From the NCBI GenBank assembly GCA_017610385.1, contig JAFCCC010000012.1, forward strand, positions 1-16,138: a stretch of DNA of 16,138 nt. The letters are read 5' to 3'. Under the pieces are notes generated by a model. The model did no database searches, was not told where the DNA came from, and worked only from the letters and a program-made list of their open reading frames with translations. Both the position numbers and the translations under genes were made by a program. The DNA comes from Candidatus Nanohalarchaeota archaeon. Its GTDB lineage: Archaea > Nanohalarchaeota > Nanosalinia > Nanosalinales > JAFCCC01. Shown here piece by piece: positions 8,384 to 15,927 of the stretch (positions are counted from its first letter, which is position 1; each line of letters opens with the position of its first letter).

Positions 8384-9579
8384 TGATTTTTGAAGGTTTT
8401 TGGGCGGGTTTTGATCCCCTTAGAATTTTATTGTCCTTAGTGACATTAGTACTCTTTTTCCTACTGCTCCCAAAATTAATGATTTATACATCATTAGCCA
8501 AAATGAAACGCTCTTTATTAAAAATGCAGAATTATGCAAAGGACTCAGAAGAACTCTTCTTAAAAGCAGTCATGGCTAGACCGACAAAAGCTATCAAGGA
8601 AAGTTTAATACCAATGAAAAATTTAGTTATTGTGCCACCAACAGATCTTGATCCGTATGGCATTATTCAAAAACTAGAACATTTATTAGATGGTTCAGAA
8701 ACCAAAATTAAAAATTATATTGAAAAAATTGCACCGAAGAAGAGTAAAGATGAAAAAGCAAACTTAGCAATGGCTTTTAAAGGAGTTTATGGTGCACATC
8801 AACTTTATGTAATTATGAGGCATTTTACAAAGTTAATTGAAAAAACAAATAATTATCAGTTGGGTGCTGCTATTCAAATGTTTCTTCCTATGTACGAAGA
8901 AGTTTCAAAGTCTCAAAAAGATGCGACAGTCGCGTTTGTTAAAGCGCTTCCAATTGGAGATTCAATTGGACCTTTTGTAGCTGCAAGTTTCATTTCTAAA
9001 AAACCAAAAGAAGTTGCAGAGGATATTATACTTTCTACAGAAAAAGTAGGCGGTAAAAAATTACTTGTTTTGAAATCCAATGGTCCTGGTTCTCGTTTAG
9101 GTAAATACGGGGATGCTGTAAAAAAACTAATTAAAACTGAGAAAATTGAAGAAATTATTACAGTTGATGCTGGTTTAAGATTTGAAGGAGAAGAAACAGG
9201 TACTGTGGTAGAAGGTATTGGAGTTTTAATGGGTGGCCCGGGTGTTGAAAAATATAAAATAGAACAGGCGGCTACAGAAGCCAAAGTTCCTTTAGAGGGA
9301 TTTATAGTGAAAATGAGTGCACCGCAGGCGTCTGAAGCAATGAGCAAAAAGGTTTACGAAGGCGGTAAAAAGGCAGTTAAATCAGTTGAAAAACAGATTA
9401 AAGAAAGCGAAGCCAAAACGATCTTATTAATTGGAGTAGGAAATACTGTCGGCGTTGGAAATATTAAAAAAGAATTAGGTTCTGTTCCCAAGAAGTTAGT
9501 TGAGTATTGGAAAGAAAATAAAAAAGAATCAACATCATATGTGGGTCTAATGAAAGCGTTCCCATTAGGCGGCGGATAA
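8383..9579 (+). CDS. DUF1512 family archaeal membrane-anchored protein
   Basis: N-terminal TM; P.DLDPYGII.KLEHL, PIGDSIGP, ITVDAGLRFEGEETG.VVEGIGV.MGGPGVEK and IGVGNTVGV; TAATG overlap with trmJ. Confidence 0.88.
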   Translation: MIFEGFWAGFDPLRILLSLVTLVLFFLLLPKLMIYTSLAKMKRSLLKMQNYAKDSEELFLKAVMARPTKAIKESLIPMKNLVIVPPTDLDPYGIIQKLEHLLDGSETKIKNYIEKIAPKKSKDEKANLAMAFKGVYGAHQLYVIMRHFTKLIEKTNNYQLGAAIQMFLPMYEEVSKSQKDATVAFVKALPIGDSIGPFVAASFISKKPKEVAEDIILSTEKVGGKKLLVLKSNGPGSRLGKYGDAVKKLIKTEKIEEIITVDAGLRFEGEETGTVVEGIGVLMGGPGVEKYKIEQAATEAKVPLEGFIVKMSAPQASEAMSKKVYEGGKKAVKSVEKQIKESEAKTILLIGVGNTVGVGNIKKELGSVPKKLVEYWKENKKESTSYVGLMKAFPLGGG

Positions 9580-9689
9580 GTCTGTAGTCTTCTTGTATTG
9601 CTTCTTAGAAACTCTTAAAAAATTAAAAGTTTGAACGAGAGTAACACATTTAAATATATTCTGTATAATGAATTCAAGAAGGTGTAAAA

Positions 9690-10205
9690 ATGGCGTTAAG
9701 ACCAGCAAAAATTTACAGGAATTTTACTAGAAGGCCGTTTACTAGAACAGCTCAAAAACAAAAAAAGGCATTTATTACAGGAGCGCCAGGTTCAAGAATC
9801 ACTTTGTTTGAAATGGGAAATAAAAAAGATACTTTCGAAAAAACCCTAAAATTAAAAATTTCAAAAGATTGTATTATTAGGTCTAATGCCTTGGAAGCGG
9901 CACGTATTGCTTCAAATTCCTACATTAAAAACAAAATTGACGTAATGAGTTATTATTTGAAAGTCCATCCATACCCACACCATATTTTAAGATACCATCC
10001 CTTGGCGGGAGTAGCTCAAGCAGATCGATATTATAGTGGAATGAGTCATGCGTTTGGTCGACCAACCGGAAGAGCTGCAAGATGCAGAAAAGGACAGGAA
10101 ATTATTACTGTTCGAATTAATGAAGCTAATGTAAAAATCGCTAAAGAAGCATTAAAAAGAGCAAGTATGAAATTTTCAGTATCCTCTAAGATTTCTATTG
10201 AATAA
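9690..10205 (+). CDS. rpl10e: 50S ribosomal protein L10e (uL16)
   Basis: LRPAKIYR, IRSNALEAARIASN, HPYPHHILR and ADR...GMSHAFGRPTGRAAR; AAGGTG ribosome-binding site and TTTAAATA box upstream. Confidence 0.96.
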   Translation: MALRPAKIYRNFTRRPFTRTAQKQKKAFITGAPGSRITLFEMGNKKDTFEKTLKLKISKDCIIRSNALEAARIASNSYIKNKIDVMSYYLKVHPYPHHILRYHPLAGVAQADRYYSGMSHAFGRPTGRAARCRKGQEIITVRINEANVKIAKEALKRASMKFSVSSKISIE

Positions 10206-10293
10206 GCAAATAAGTTAGATTGAAGAATCAAATAAATTCTATTTAATAAAATGAATAAAAGTTCTTAAGCTTTAGTGAGAATATATTTTTGCA

Positions 10294-12276
10294 ATGCTTA
10301 TCGAATGGATTAATAAATTAAATCAGCAACAAGTGAATAGAGTTGGCAGTAAAATTAGTTTATTATCTGAATTACAATCTATGAGTTCAAAATTTGTTGT
10401 ACCACAAGCATTTATCTTAACAACTCAAATTGTAGAAGACTTTTTGAAAGAAAATAACTTACACACTCAGATCGACGCTATTTTAGCAGAAGTGGATTTA
10501 GAGGATATGAATCGTCTACAAGAAGCCTATGCACAAATTAAAGAACTTATTCTAAATGCTCATTTCAATAAAAATCAAGAACAACAAGTATGTGAAACAT
10601 ATAAACAAATTGGAATGAGCGAAGAACTCAGAAAGTATGGAAAAACTATGGATTTAGTTAGTGGAAGACGAGATAACCAACCCGTTGCAATTAGAGCATC
10701 TCCAATGGCGGGTGCAAATGTTTACAAAAGCATATTAAATGTAATTGGAAAAGAGTCAGTAATTATGAATATAAAAGAATGTATCGCATCATATTATTCT
10801 CCAGAAGCCATAATTTATCGTAAAAATATTAAAGAAAGTTCTGGACTTTCTATTTTAGTTCAAAAAATGATTATTTCTGAAAAATCAGTTAGTGTATTTA
10901 CTGCCAATCCTCTTGGAAATTCTTCAGAAATAGTTGTGGAAGCAGTGTGGGGCTTGGGAGCTTCTTTAAAACAAGGTATAACATCTCCAGATCAATATAA
11001 AATTGATAAAAATTCTGGGCAACTAGTTAAGGAACAAATAAATGTGAAAGAGTGGCTGTTTACAATAGATTCAATGTCTAATCAGGTTATCAAAGAAAGA
11101 GTTTCTTCAGAATTAAGAACTAGAAGTGTATTAACTACAAAAGAACTTCAAAACGTGGTTGAATCTGCATTATTAATCGAAAGTAAAGTAAATGTCCCAT
11201 ATAAACTTGACTTTTCTATAAATAGAGGTAAATTGAGTTTATTGGGTATAGAAAAAGCAGTTAGTCAAGATACGTCAAGTTTAGAGGAGTTTAATGAAGA
11301 AACTTTACTTATAGGCTCGGGTTCATCTGCGGGATCCTGCACTGGCTTGGCAAAAGTTATTTATGATTGTCAGGACATTTCGAATCTAAATGAACAGGAT
11401 ATTTTAGTTACAGTTAATCCGTCTTTAGAATTTTTGCCGGCCATAACAAAAATTCAAGGAATTATAACTGATGAAGGATCTATGAGCTGCAAATTAGCAA
11501 GCATACTTCGAGAAATTGGAATGCCTTTAATTACATCAACAAAAAATTCAACAGAATTATTAAATTCTACAGAGATTTCAATGAATGGTTTGACAGGAAC
11601 CATATCTGAAAAACCAATTCCACAGAGTTCTGAACCATCTTCCAAAAATTTTGATAGTGTCGAAATGATTACTGGAATTGAAGTCAAAACAATTGGAATT
11701 CAAAAAATTCCAGGATCTGATGGCGCGGTAGTTATAGATCATATTGGTTTTGAAGCTGCTAAAAATCTTGCATTAGATCACGCAAGCGGAAGCATTTGGA
11801 TGAAAAGCGCAGCTGCGGGTTTTGATTTTGATACCTCTTACTATGAAAATTATAACTCATTGGAGACTTTGCCAGAAAATGTAGAGTTTATCAATACTGA
11901 TTTTCATACAATTAATCAGAATCCACAAAGAGCTCAAGGAATTGTGCTTAAAGACTTTACATCTCTGATGCAATTAGAAGATTATTTGAGTGTTTTGAAT
12001 TTTGTGGTCATTGACTTAAATAATCTAAGTAGAAGCTTTGGGCATGCAGCAACACATCCTGCGGTCTTAAATTCTATTAAAAAAGTTCATGAAGTATGTA
12101 AAGACACAATCGAACTGTCTATATTATTAGAAAGTATGAACCCAAAATTAATTGAACGTTTAATTGAAATTGGGGCAGACTCTTTTGTAGTGCATCCAGA
12201 AGACTTTAATAAAATAAAAGCAATTTTAATGAAGAAGGAAAGAAAATTCATGATTAAAAAATTAAGAAAATTATAG
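10294..12276 (+). CDS. PEP synthase (PpsA)-like protein, degenerate and probably catalytically inactive
   Basis: ATP-grasp remnants (VGSK, VPQAF, VAIRAS, LVQKMI, FTANP, VEAVWGLG, PDQY); swivel domain GIITDEGSMSCKLASILREIGMP with His replaced by Lys; shortened C-terminal barrel (IDLNNL, HPAV). Confidence 0.85.
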   Translation: MLIEWINKLNQQQVNRVGSKISLLSELQSMSSKFVVPQAFILTTQIVEDFLKENNLHTQIDAILAEVDLEDMNRLQEAYAQIKELILNAHFNKNQEQQVCETYKQIGMSEELRKYGKTMDLVSGRRDNQPVAIRASPMAGANVYKSILNVIGKESVIMNIKECIASYYSPEAIIYRKNIKESSGLSILVQKMIISEKSVSVFTANPLGNSSEIVVEAVWGLGASLKQGITSPDQYKIDKNSGQLVKEQINVKEWLFTIDSMSNQVIKERVSSELRTRSVLTTKELQNVVESALLIESKVNVPYKLDFSINRGKLSLLGIEKAVSQDTSSLEEFNEETLLIGSGSSAGSCTGLAKVIYDCQDISNLNEQDILVTVNPSLEFLPAITKIQGIITDEGSMSCKLASILREIGMPLITSTKNSTELLNSTEISMNGLTGTISEKPIPQSSEPSSKNFDSVEMITGIEVKTIGIQKIPGSDGAVVIDHIGFEAAKNLALDHASGSIWMKSAAAGFDFDTSYYENYNSLETLPENVEFINTDFHTINQNPQRAQGIVLKDFTSLMQLEDYLSVLNFVVIDLNNLSRSFGHAATHPAVLNSIKKVHEVCKDTIELSILLESMNPKLIERLIEIGADSFVVHPEDFNKIKAILMKKERKFMIKKLRKL

Positions 12277-12302
12277 TTACCGTCCAAGAGAAATAAAGCC
12301 TA

Positions 12303-12318
12303 CCGCAAACTTTATAAA
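12303..12318 (+). promoter_or_regulatory. BRE + TATA box for a leaderless small ORF
   Basis: CCGCAAAC followed by TTTATAAA (12311-12318), centred about 27 nt before ATG 12342. Confidence 0.65.
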
Positions 12319-12341
12319 ACCTTGATTGATTTATATGTTTC

Positions 12342-12464
12342 ATGATTGTGAATTTTGGTGAGACGTTAAACACCATTTCAAAACTCGGGGAGTTTTATCA
12401 GTGGTTTGCTTTAGTCTACATTGCGCTTCTATATGTTTCTTTTGTTGGCGTATATCTAAAATAA
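12342..12464 (+). CDS. Small single-TM membrane protein (40 aa; not in ORF track)
   Basis: MIVNFGETLNTISKLGEFYQWFALVYIALLYVSFVGVYLK; consensus promoter at leaderless spacing; fills the intergenic gap. Confidence 0.7.
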   Translation: MIVNFGETLNTISKLGEFYQWFALVYIALLYVSFVGVYLK

Positions 12465-12494
12465 GTTTATGAAGTTATGTGTTAATTTCTTTTT

Positions 12495-13424
12495 ATGGAC
12501 TTAGAACAAATTTTAGATGAAATCAAAAAATTAGATTATAAAAAAATAGCAATTCAGGTACCTGACGGTTTAAAAAAAAGTGCTATAGATATCGCAGGAA
12601 AAATTAAAGAGCTTGGCAAGAAACCATTTATTATTTCTTCATCCTGCTTTGGCGCTTGCGATCTTCCGTACAATCAGATAATAGATTTTAATTGTGACTG
12701 TTTGATTCATATAGGGCATTCTAAATTTTATGGTAATTTTGAGGAAAAAATTCCAACATTTTATTGTGAAGTAAAATTTAAGGGGGATAGTCTGGGTCTA
12801 CTTAAAAAAAATTATGAAAAAATTAAAGAGACCAAAATTGGCCTAGTTTCCACAATACAGCACCTGCATGAACTTAAGAAAATAAAAGAATTTTTAGAAA
12901 GTAAGGGAAAAATTGTGATTATTGGTAAAAGAGGGTTAAGAACAAGACAGGAAGGTCAGATTTTGGGTTGTGATATAACTTCTGCTGAAAAAATTCATCA
13001 GGCAGTGGACTGCTTTTTGTTTCTCGGGAGCGGGGATTTTCATGTATCTAAACTACTAGAACTTAGGAAAAAAATATATCAACTAAATCCATACCAACAA
13101 ATATTTAGTGAACCGGTTTTGGATATAGAAAAAGAAAAACGAAGAGAAATTTTAAAGGTTTTAAAATACCAAAACGAAAAAAAATGGGGAATTATATTAA
13201 GTTCTAAACCAGGGCAATCTTTCCCAGAATTAGCAGATCAAATCAAAAAAGTATTACAAAGAAAAAATAAGGAAGTTTTCATGTTCATTGCAGATAAAAT
13301 TGTAGAATCAGATTATATGGGTTTTGGAATTAAAATTTTTGTGAATACTGCATGTCCGAGAATAACTGCAGATTTTACTGAATTCGCACTAGTGAATCCA
13401 TGGACATTAGAGTATTTAGAATAG
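12495..13424 (+). CDS. dph2: Diphthamide biosynthesis enzyme Dph2 (3-amino-3-carboxypropyl transferase)
   Basis: IQVPDGLK and IHIGHS; all three Fe-S cysteines are present (FGACD, GQILGC, TACPR). Confidence 0.95.
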   Translation: MDLEQILDEIKKLDYKKIAIQVPDGLKKSAIDIAGKIKELGKKPFIISSSCFGACDLPYNQIIDFNCDCLIHIGHSKFYGNFEEKIPTFYCEVKFKGDSLGLLKKNYEKIKETKIGLVSTIQHLHELKKIKEFLESKGKIVIIGKRGLRTRQEGQILGCDITSAEKIHQAVDCFLFLGSGDFHVSKLLELRKKIYQLNPYQQIFSEPVLDIEKEKRREILKVLKYQNEKKWGIILSSKPGQSFPELADQIKKVLQRKNKEVFMFIADKIVESDYMGFGIKIFVNTACPRITADFTEFALVNPWTLEYLE

Positions 13425-13469
13425 CATTACTTTTTAAATCTTATAGTTGAATAAATAGAGTGGATAATT

Positions 13470-13727
13470 ATGAAATTACGAGCCGAACAACATAAAGATC
13501 GATTAATTCTACACATGGAGAAAAACCATACAGTAGCTAATCTCCTAAGAAAAACCTTATGGGAAATAGGTTCAGAAGCCGGTTACGACAAGGGCCATCC
13601 GTATATAGGAGAAAGTACATTGGTTATTAAATCTAAAGATGCTAAAAAGGATCTTGAAAAAGCATTAACAAAGATAAAAAACGATTTAAAAGAATTCAAA
13701 GTTGAATTTGAAAAGAAATCAAAATAA
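13470..13727 (+). CDS. rpoL: DNA-directed RNA polymerase subunit L (Rpo11)
   Basis: NHTVANLLR and AGY...HPY; 85 aa; close to dph2 and tfs, as in the known archaeal cluster. Confidence 0.9.
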   Translation: MKLRAEQHKDRLILHMEKNHTVANLLRKTLWEIGSEAGYDKGHPYIGESTLVIKSKDAKKDLEKALTKIKNDLKEFKVEFEKKSK

Positions 13728-13733
13728 AGGGCA

Positions 13734-14321
13734 ATGAAATTTTTTGATGTGCGTTTTCCAAAAGATGTTAAGACAATTACGCTTTTTCTTGTTTTAGCAG
13801 TTATTTTAGCATACGGAGCATATAATACCGCAGGAACAGCATTACACACGACCATTCCGATTGTTTCTGTTGTCTCAGATTCTATGAAACATGATGAAAA
13901 AACTGGAAGTTCTTATTATGAGTATTTAATAACTAAATTTAGTTATACTAGAACATTTATTGATACCTGGCCACTAAAAAATGGTTTTGTGAGAGGGGAT
14001 TTATTAACAGTGACTGGTGCAAACACATCTACTCTAGATGTGGGGGATGTTATTGTTTATAATCTAAAAAACAGCGAATCAATAGATTGCGATAGATTTG
14101 AAAAAGCTTTAAAAGAGCAAGGAATCGATAAAGTAGTACACAGAATTATTAGAAAATTTACAGAAAATGGAGAGATTTATTTTATGACAAAGGGGGATCA
14201 TAACTTTCAGATGGACCCGTGCAGAATTCAGAATAAAGAGATTGAAGGAAAAGCCATTTTTAAACTTCCCTTAGTAGGTTATTTGAAATTAATCCCTGCT
14301 AAAATCTTTGGTGCAATTTAA
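13734..14321 (+). CDS. Signal peptidase I (S26, archaeal Sec11-like)
   Basis: N-terminal TM, catalytic VVSDSM, GDL, VGDVIVY, VVHRI and TKGDHN...D. Confidence 0.92.
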   Translation: MKFFDVRFPKDVKTITLFLVLAVILAYGAYNTAGTALHTTIPIVSVVSDSMKHDEKTGSSYYEYLITKFSYTRTFIDTWPLKNGFVRGDLLTVTGANTSTLDVGDVIVYNLKNSESIDCDRFEKALKEQGIDKVVHRIIRKFTENGEIYFMTKGDHNFQMDPCRIQNKEIEGKAIFKLPLVGYLKLIPAKIFGAI

Positions 14322-14434
14322 GTTTTTATAGGGGAGTATATACTTTTTTAAGCGTAATTCTTATTACAAGTTACGGGAGCCTTTTTATATTTAACTGAAC
14401 CATAAAGGCTGGTATCTTAACAGAGGTGAGTATA

Positions 14435-14761
14435 ATGAAATTTTGTGATGCATGTGGTGGAATATTAATTCCAAAAATGGGCTCAAATGGTACTGAATTA
14501 GAATGTAGATCTTGTAAAGCAGTCTACAGAGTAGAATCAGAAGATCTTAAAATTTCAGCTAAACACTCTGAAAAAACTACTGCTCGCATTAATATTTTGG
14601 AGAAAGACAAAACAGGATTACCAATAACTGAAATATTATGTAACAAGTGTGGACATAAAAACGCATACTGGTGGATGCAACAAACAAGAAGTGGTGATGA
14701 GCCAGAAACCAGATTTTTCAAATGTACGAAGTGTGGAAATACTTGGAGAGAATACGATTAA
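14435..14761 (+). CDS. tfs: Transcription factor S (TFS; transcript cleavage factor)
   Basis: Two zinc ribbons (CDAC/CRSC and CNKC/CTKC) and an intact acidic hairpin QTRSGDEP; GAGGTGA at 14423-14429 supports ATG 14435. Confidence 0.95.
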   Translation: MKFCDACGGILIPKMGSNGTELECRSCKAVYRVESEDLKISAKHSEKTTARINILEKDKTGLPITEILCNKCGHKNAYWWMQQTRSGDEPETRFFKCTKCGNTWREYD

Positions 14762-15420
14762 TCAATAAATAAAAATTCGACTTTGTATTTTTTCTCGAGC
14801 AATTCTCCTAGTTTTAAGATGCTCGTAATTTCGAGAATTTTTTTAGATCTATAAATAATATTCATATGGGTTTTATGTTTGAAAATTATTGGATTTTCTG
14901 TAGTCAGAATGGTTTCTACGCCCACTTTTTTAGCTTTTTCCATCCATTCTTTATCATTTAATTTTCCACCAATTGCAATTTTGCCAATTTTTTTGTTTTT
15001 CTTTTTTATTCTTGGTTTCTCTCCAGTTAAGTTGTATAATCTTTCTTTAAAACTATTCAAATCATTTAATTCACAAGTACCATATATTGAAGTTTCATCT
15101 AAAGAGCCCTCTACTGTAATCCCCAATTTATCTGCCAGAGACTGCTCTGCATGCATAAATTCCGAGGTTTTTAAGGGTATTTCAGATATATATGTAGAAC
15201 AATTAACCTTTTTTAAGAATCTGGACTTTACTTTTGAATTAAAAACAATTAAAAGATCTATGTTATTTTCCTCTGTTTTTCGAAGAATATTTTCATTTAA
15301 GTCTAGAGCAAATGCCACTTTTTCAATATAATTTCCTCTTTTAATTATTAAACCGTCTGTTGCTTTTGATTTAAAAATTTGATCCAAATAATTAACTATA
15401 TTTTCTAAGTTGGTACCCAT
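14758..15420 (-). CDS. Nif3/DUF34-like protein, degenerate (metal-binding His residues missing)
   Basis: IVNYLDQIF, DGLII, KVAFALD, IDLLIV, KIAIGG, GVETILTTE and LGELLEKKYKVEFLFID match the Nif3 scaffold; its stop overlaps the tfs stop (TTAA). Confidence 0.85.
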   Translation of the reverse strand: MGTNLENIVNYLDQIFKSKATDGLIIKRGNYIEKVAFALDLNENILRKTEENNIDLLIVFNSKVKSRFLKKVNCSTYISEIPLKTSEFMHAEQSLADKLGITVEGSLDETSIYGTCELNDLNSFKERLYNLTGEKPRIKKKNKKIGKIAIGGKLNDKEWMEKAKKVGVETILTTENPIIFKHKTHMNIIYRSKKILEITSILKLGELLEKKYKVEFLFID

Positions 15421-15459
15421 AAGTATATTTTATTTCATGAGAATAAAAACTAATAATTT

Positions 15460-15632
15460 GCGACTGTAATCTACCGGTATGATTCAAGCTTCCCAAGCTT
15501 GCTGAGCGGGTTCGATACAAACTGCTGTCAGCTTGACCCTTACAGGGGGTTAATAATAACCCACTTTAAAGTCCGAGTACTCGGACTTTTTAACACTTTT
15601 ATCAGCAGTTTGCGAAAATCCCGCCAGTCGCA
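15460..15632 (+). tRNA. tRNA-Gly(CCC) with a T-loop intron (exons 15460-15516 and 15619-15632)
   Basis: Acceptor stem GCGACTG/CAGTCGC, discriminator A, anticodon arm CAAGC-TTCCCAA-GCTTG, T stem GCGGG/CCCGC, spliced T loop TTCGATT; CCA not encoded. Confidence 0.93.
15517..15618 (+). other. 102-nt BHB intron at tRNA position 59/60
   Basis: Central helix TTCG/CGAA, 3-nt bulges AT|A and AA|T, and a 10-bp closing helix CAAACTGCTG/CAGCAGTTTG. Confidence 0.92.
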
Positions 15633-15684
15633 ATTATCTTTAACTGAGTTCCAAAATCCAAAAATAGAATGTAGAATTCGAAAT

Positions 15685-15774
15685 TTATTTCTTCCTGTGC
15701 CTCATCTTTCGTCTTCTTTTTCTTTGCTTGTGCTTCCTTAATTTTTGTCTTTTTCTCTTCTTTCCGCAAGGCAT
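15685..15774 (-). CDS. 29-aa basic protein, bS22/mS38 (AURKAIP1/COX24-domain)-like ribosomal protein
   Basis: MPCGKKRKRQKLRKHKQRKRRRKMRHRKK; GAGGT 7 nt upstream (15782-15786); TATA-like TTAATATA at about 15811-15818 on the minus strand. Confidence 0.82.
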   Translation of the reverse strand: MPCGKKRKRQKLRKHKQRKRRRKMRHRKK

Positions 15775-15927
15775 GTATAAAACCTCTCTCAGATAACATT
15801 ATCAGTTAACTATATTAACTTTATTATGGGGGTTCTGGAAGTGAACAACCAAAAAGCAAAAAACGTTATATATTCTTAGTATTAAAGGATAGTGGGTCAG
15901 CCGAGACTCGAACTCGGGTCTGGACCT

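Noticed and set aside
14435-14761. Inactive or inhibitory TFS paralogue
   Set aside because: The catalytic Asp-Glu pair and both zinc ribbons are intact.
530-15331. Other alternate-frame or antisense ORFs (e.g. 895-1083, 1123-1440, 2954-3463, 7482-7751, 8913-9347, 14879-15331)
   Set aside because: They lie within or across well-supported genes and have no independent motifs.
15499-15741. 80-aa plus-strand ORF, as a possible intron-encoded protein
   Set aside because: It has a TTG start inside the tRNA exon, runs through both splice sites and shows no recognisable motif such as LAGLIDADG.
15602-15799. 65-aa minus-strand ORF
   Set aside because: It overlaps the tRNA-Gly 3' exon. The alternative frame (15685-15774) has a proper SD sequence and a recognisable family pattern.
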